From positions 27,632-91,631 of the forward strand of contig CACOJO010000004.1 of assembly GCA_902627595.1 (NCBI GenBank): a stretch of 64,000 nucleotides of DNA, in the 5' to 3' direction. Below the pieces are notes generated by a model that had not been told where the DNA came from, ran no database searches, and saw nothing but the letters and a program-made list of their open reading frames with translations. This DNA is from an uncultured SAR86 cluster bacterium (GTDB lineage Bacteria; Pseudomonadota; Gammaproteobacteria; Magnimaribacterales; AG-339-G14). Shown piece after piece: positions 59,708-64,000 of the stretch. Position 1 is the first letter of the stretch. The number at the start of each line of letters is the position of its first letter. The translations under genes were made by a program, and so were the position numbers.

Positions 59708-60318
59708 TATAAAATGATGCCTCCAAATGACATAAATCCAAAGCTCATCAAACCAACAATTATAAAAGTAGAACCTAGTCCTTGAAGACCTTCTGGCATA
59801 TCGCTATATTTTAATTTTTCTCTGATGCCAGCAAGTATCGTGATTGCTAATGCCCAACCAACGCCTGCACCTAAACCATAAGCAACACTTTCTCCAAAAT
59901 ATAAATCCTTTTCTACCATAAAAAGTGAAGCCCCTAAAATTGCACAATTAACTGTGATGAGCGGTAAAAATATACCCAAAGCGTTATAAAGCACAGGAAC
60001 ATATTTATCTAAAAACATTTCTAAAATTTGAACACAAGCGGCAATCACTCCTATGTAGCTAATTAATCCTACAAAACTTAAATCAACATCAGAAAGGCCG
60101 GCCCAAGCAAGAGCTCCATCTCTTAAAATGAAGTTATAAATTAAATTATTGATTGGCACAGTTATTGCCAGTACGACAATGACAGCAATTCCCAAACCAA
60201 TTGCTGCTTCAATTTTTTTTGAAATTGCAATGAAAGTACACATTCCTAAAAAGACAGACAGAGCCAAATTTTCTATAAAAATAGCATTGATAAAAATATT
60301 TAAATAATTTTCTATCAT
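59707..60318 (-). CDS. nqrE: Na+-NQR subunit E
   Basis: [17 protein letters not shown], 203-aa polytopic protein, operon position. Confidence 0.9.
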   Translation of the reverse strand: MIENYLNIFINAIFIENLALSVFLGMCTFIAISKKIEAAIGLGIAVIVVLAITVPINNLIYNFILRDGALAWAGLSDVDLSFVGLISYIGVIAACVQILEMFLDKYVPVLYNALGIFLPLITVNCAILGASLFMVEKDLYFGESVAYGLGAGVGWALAITILAGIREKLKYSDMPEGLQGLGSTFIIVGLMSFGFMSFGGIIL

Positions 60319-61013
60319 GACGTTGCCTTTGATGATGGTGTCGGCGGAGGATTTGGAATTAATTCAGGAGAATTTTGAGACATTTTAAATTCTGGCTCTT
60401 CAATTTGGTCTTTTTGCCATGCTCTTAAAGCCCATATAATTAAACCAATTAATATGAAGGAAACTGGAGGCAGAAGAAAAAAGTTATTTGGTACATACCA
60501 ACCGCCGTTTTGCACCAAAGGAAAAATCTCATACTCTAAAATGGTTCCGGTACCAAATAATTCTCTAATTGTGCCGAGTATTATCAAGATTACGCTATAC
60601 CCCAATCCATTACCAAAGCCATCAAGAAAAGATACTCCAGGAGGATTTTGCATCGCGAAAGCTTCAGCTCTTCCCATGACAATACAATTGGTAATTATTA
60701 AACCCACAAATACAGATAAAGTCTTACTTGTTTCATAGTCATAAGCTTTTAATGCTTGATCAACCAAGATTACTAGAGAAGAAATAATTGTCATTTGTAC
60801 AATAATTCTTATGTTTGATGGAGTTATATTCCTTATCATAGATATAAAGAAATTGGAAAGACTGACAGTAACTGTTAAAGCTACACACATAATTAAAGTT
60901 GGATAAAGTTTACTAGTGACAGCTAAAGCAGAACATATGCCAAGCATTTGCAAAGCAATAGGATTTTCTTTGAATACAGGTCGAAATAATATTTCTGAAT
61001 ATTTAGACATCAA
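60315..61013 (-). CDS. nqrD: Na+-NQR subunit D (with a ~25-aa Pro-rich C-terminal extension)
   Basis: [21 protein letters not shown] and operon position. Tail: [27 protein letters not shown]. Confidence 0.9.
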   Translation of the reverse strand: MMSKYSEILFRPVFKENPIALQMLGICSALAVTSKLYPTLIMCVALTVTVSLSNFFISMIRNITPSNIRIIVQMTIISSLVILVDQALKAYDYETSKTLSVFVGLIITNCIVMGRAEAFAMQNPPGVSFLDGFGNGLGYSVILIILGTIRELFGTGTILEYEIFPLVQNGGWYVPNNFFLLPPVSFILIGLIIWALRAWQKDQIEEPEFKMSQNSPELIPNPPPTPSSKATS

Positions 61014-61779
61014 TCTTTTGCAAGTTATTAATTAAGTTTAAAAAACCATCATTACCCATCCAATAGGCTATCAAGTTGCTTACGCCATTACACGTCAAGG
61101 TAGCCCCAGATAATCCGTCAATCTCATAACTGAAATTATTACTAGTTTCCAAAACGCTTCCTTTAATTACCTTTAAAGAAACTTCACCGTTTTCTTGATA
61201 AATCTTTTTTCCTTTCCACAAGGCTTTCCACTTGGGATTATCAATTTCAGCACCCAGTCCAGGAGTTTCTTTATGTTCATAGAACTCCAGTCCAGCAACG
61301 GTATTGAAATCTCCTTCAATAGCCAGGTAACCATATAGGATTCCCCACAAGCCATATCCTCTTACCGGTAAAATTAAAGTATTTATTTTGTCATCTTTAT
61401 ATTCAATATATATCTTTGAGTATTTCTCTCTTTTTTTAATTGAAGCTATGTCTTCTTCTGCAGAAAGAAACTTATATCTTCCATCTTCTCTTAGCTCTTT
61501 TGCTAATTCATATGAGTCTGGACTTATATTTACAATCTCACCCTTGTCTAAGTCTATAATATGAGTTTTTATATTTGACATAGCATTTTCAACAGAACCA
61601 TAAACTTTTTCTAAACCTGCAGAAGAAACAATTTTCTTTTGCATATCAAGGACAACATTATTTTCTTGAACAGATCTAAGTTGAATAGAAATAAAGGAAA
61701 TAATAGCGCTGCATAACAAACAGAGACCAATTCCTACAAATGTTATATTTAAAGCACTGTCTTTATTGATCTTAAGCAT
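61003..61779 (-). CDS. nqrC: Na+-NQR subunit C
   Basis: N-terminal TM anchor and the FMN-attachment motif GLSGATLT. Confidence 0.85.
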   Translation of the reverse strand: MLKINKDSALNITFVGIGLCLLCSAIISFISIQLRSVQENNVVLDMQKKIVSSAGLEKVYGSVENAMSNIKTHIIDLDKGEIVNISPDSYELAKELREDGRYKFLSAEEDIASIKKREKYSKIYIEYKDDKINTLILPVRGYGLWGILYGYLAIEGDFNTVAGLEFYEHKETPGLGAEIDNPKWKALWKGKKIYQENGEVSLKVIKGSVLETSNNFSYEIDGLSGATLTCNGVSNLIAYWMGNDGFLNLINNLQKIDV

Positions 61780-62986
61780 TTTGAAGAGCTAATCTTTTTT
61801 TAATATTATTTTGAACCACAAAGTGATCGATTAAAGGCGCTAATAGGTTTCCAAATAAAATGGCAAGCATCATACCCTCAGGAAAAGCAGGATTTAAGAC
61901 TCGAATTAAAATTACCATCACTCCAATTATGATTCCATAAATCCATCTGCCCGCATTAGTATGCGATCCGGAAACTGGCTCAGTTGCCATGAAAACCAAA
62001 CCGAAAGCATATCCTCCAATTACCATATGCCACCAAAAAGGCATAGAAAACATAGGATTTGTTTCACTACCAACAAAATTGAATAAGTAACTAGTTAAGA
62101 TTGTCCCTATGGCTACTCCGATGACTATTCTCCATGAAGCAACCTTTGTATAAAGGAGAATAGCTAAGCCTACTAATATTGCTAAAGTCGAAGTTTCTCC
62201 AATAGAACCAGGAATGAACCCGAGAAAAGCATTATTCCATGTGTAGGAGAGACTTTGATAACCTTCTTGAGCTGCTGTTCCTAAGATAGTTGCTGCTGTG
62301 TAACCATCAACTGCAACCCATGACATATCTCCTGACCAAGAAGCTGGATAAGCAAAATATAAAAATGCCCTACCCGTTAGAGCTGGGTTTAAAAAATTTT
62401 TTCCAGTGCCGCCAAAAATTTCTTTACCAATGACTAATCCAACCGCAATACCTAAGGCACATTGCCATAGAGGAGCATTAGGTGGGCAAGATAGAGCAAA
62501 TAATACTGTAGTAACAAAAGCACCTTCACTAACTTCATGTCTTCGTATTAAAGCAAAAATTAATTCACAACCTATTCCGACTGCAAATACTACGACGTAT
62601 ATAGGGATAAAATAGATGGCTCCATAAACCAAGCAGTCCATGAAACTATTTGGATTAAGTGAAGTAAAAAAAGTAATAAGTGGCCAATGCCAATCTTTCT
62701 CAAAAGTAGTATTTGCTAGAGTTAGTTGTTCTATTGCAAAAAGTGATTGATATCCAAGGTTATACATTCCCGCAAACATTGTTGGAAAGGTTGCAAGCCA
62801 CACCACAACCATAATTCTTTGGATATCCGAACCATCTCTTACGTGAGTTAAACCTTTGGTTCTTTTATCTGACGAATAGAAAAGATTTTCAATAACATCA
62901 AATACTGGAAAATAATAAGAAAGTCCTCCTTTTCCTTGAAAAGAAGGCTTAATTTTATCAAGAAAATTTCTTAACGGATCTTTCAT
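61772..62986 (-). CDS. nqrB: Na+-NQR subunit B
   Basis: GTGKNFLNPALTGRAFLYFAYP, 404-aa polytopic protein, operon position. Confidence 0.9.
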   Translation of the reverse strand: MKDPLRNFLDKIKPSFQGKGGLSYYFPVFDVIENLFYSSDKRTKGLTHVRDGSDIQRIMVVVWLATFPTMFAGMYNLGYQSLFAIEQLTLANTTFEKDWHWPLITFFTSLNPNSFMDCLVYGAIYFIPIYVVVFAVGIGCELIFALIRRHEVSEGAFVTTVLFALSCPPNAPLWQCALGIAVGLVIGKEIFGGTGKNFLNPALTGRAFLYFAYPASWSGDMSWVAVDGYTAATILGTAAQEGYQSLSYTWNNAFLGFIPGSIGETSTLAILVGLAILLYTKVASWRIVIGVAIGTILTSYLFNFVGSETNPMFSMPFWWHMVIGGYAFGLVFMATEPVSGSHTNAGRWIYGIIIGVMVILIRVLNPAFPEGMMLAILFGNLLAPLIDHFVVQNNIKKRLALQNA

Positions 62987-63064
62987 CTCTAAGATTTATA
63001 CGCAATTTTAATGATTTAAAGGAGTCAATTTAGTTTTTAGAAGATATTCTTCTATATTATGCTT

Positions 63065-64000
63065 TTACCCATCTTTCTCTATTTTTTCTAAAATATTTCT
63101 AAGGATTAATCCGTAATCATACTTGCTTGGACAACTATAAGTGCAAAGAGCTAAATCTTCTTCATCCAATTCCAAAACACCAAGGCTTTGAGCCAATTCT
63201 GTATCTTCAGTCACTATAGCTTTAAGAAGTTGAGTAATCATTAAATTCATTGGAAAAATATCCTCATAGATACCCACTGGAACAATTGCTCGAAAACCAC
63301 CATTTAATGCTGATGTGAGGTTGTATTTATAATTTTTTTTGACTGATGCAAAAAACATTCTTAATGACGAATGTTTCTTTATTTCCGGTCTTAACCAATT
63401 CAAAAATTCACGATCATCTTTATTGGCTTCTCTTATGACAGTTAGCTGGTTAGAGAAACTTGACATATAAGCCAATGACCCCTCGCAAGTATGGCCACAT
63501 AAAACGGAGCCGGAAATCAATCGATTGTCTTCCTCAACTAGCTTTCCAGCTGTAAGTTCTTCAACACAAGCACCAAAATCTGTTAATAGGATTTCTGGAT
63601 TAAATACTTGAGGACCTGAAAGAGATATATATTTTTCATTAGATATGCAGCCTGTGAGAATAGTTTTGCCAATTTTTATTAGCTCTTGATATCCAATAGT
63701 CCAAATTTGATTAACAAGTGTTGCGGGAGAGATTTTATGAATTTGTGTTCCTACAAGCCCAATGGGATGAGGCCCTGAAAAAGTATGGTAGTAAATGTTT
63801 TCAGATTTATATAAATCTAAATTATTATCTTCAGTAATACCTACATGAATGCCCTCTTTAGGAAGACAAGAGATGACTTCCATGCCTTTATTGAATGCTA
63901 CTAAATCATCCTCGATAACCAACATTGGATCGAAAGATAGTGGATTTGAGTCAATTAGTGAAATAAAAATTTTATTAGGCAAGGAACCAACCAAAGGAAC
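63065..64000 (-). CDS. nqrA: Na+-NQR subunit A (partial; the N-terminus lies beyond the window end)
   Basis: The C-terminus (LGVLELDEEDLALCTYSCPSKYDYGLILRNILEKIEKDG) is colinear with V. cholerae NqrA as recalled. The frame is open to nt 64000. Confidence 0.85.
   Translation of the reverse strand, partial: VPLVGSLPNKIFISLIDSNPLSFDPMLVIEDDLVAFNKGMEVISCLPKEGIHVGITEDNNLDLYKSENIYYHTFSGPHPIGLVGTQIHKISPATLVNQIWTIGYQELIKIGKTILTGCISNEKYISLSGPQVFNPEILLTDFGACVEELTAGKLVEEDNRLISGSVLCGHTCEGSLAYMSSFSNQLTVIREANKDDREFLNWLRPEIKKHSSLRMFFASVKKNYKYNLTSALNGGFRAIVPVGIYEDIFPMNLMITQLLKAIVTEDTELAQSLGVLELDEEDLALCTYSCPSKYDYGLILRNILEKIEKDG

Noticed and set aside
1-64000. A search by eye for tRNA, rRNA, CRISPR arrays, transposases, integrases, phage genes and known defence-system genes.
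   Set aside because: I found no cloverleaf-like GTTCGAATC-type T-arm sequences and no repeat-spacer arrays. No ORF had a DDE, tyrosine-recombinase or phage structural signature. The only nuclease/helicase/ATPase genes are housekeeping (rne, clpA, holB). Absence is based on manual reading, not on tRNAscan, Infernal or HMM runs.

Overview
This is an AT-rich, very gene-dense 64-kb chromosomal segment with about 66 protein-coding genes. I found no rRNA, tRNA, CRISPR array, transposase or integrase by eye. Gene order points to a streamlined marine-type gammaproteobacterium, which is an inference from synteny. The supporting arrangements are rne<>rluC-rpmF-fabG-acpP-fabF-mltG-tmk-holB, clpS-clpA/infA, icd<>mnmA-purB, and a complete nqrABCDEF-apbE-nqrM operon.

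Housekeeping flanks at 1-32.5 kb and 49.2-64 kb bracket an accessory block of about 16.6 kb (32.5-49.1 kb). That block contains three parts:
- An orphan Wzc-like tyrosine autokinase and Wza-like polysaccharide export pair, followed by an unknown secreted protein.
- A TetR-linked cluster with three haloalkane-dehalogenase-family genes: two DhlA-like HLD-I (one with a signal peptide) and one DhaA/LinB-like HLD-II. It also holds a GST-like protein, an NMO-family flavoenzyme and five unrecognisable membrane or secreted proteins.
- A 984-aa secreted protein of unknown function, preceded by a 57-aa Gly/Ser-rich lipoprotein ORF that is missing from the supplied ORF track.

My best candidate for an undescribed system is the dehalogenase cluster with its embedded unknown envelope proteins. 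The second candidate is the giant secreted protein plus mini-lipoprotein pair. Both rest on motif recognition and inference, not database searches.

Other observations:
- MetRS is split into a catalytic body and an adjacent stand-alone tRNA-binding domain, joined by an 8-nt overlap.
- fabD lies away from the fab cluster and is coupled to an aromatic-hydroxylase gene.
- Nine of eleven convergent gene pairs abut or overlap at their stop codons.
- The alanine/cation symporter carries an insertion of about 100 aa.
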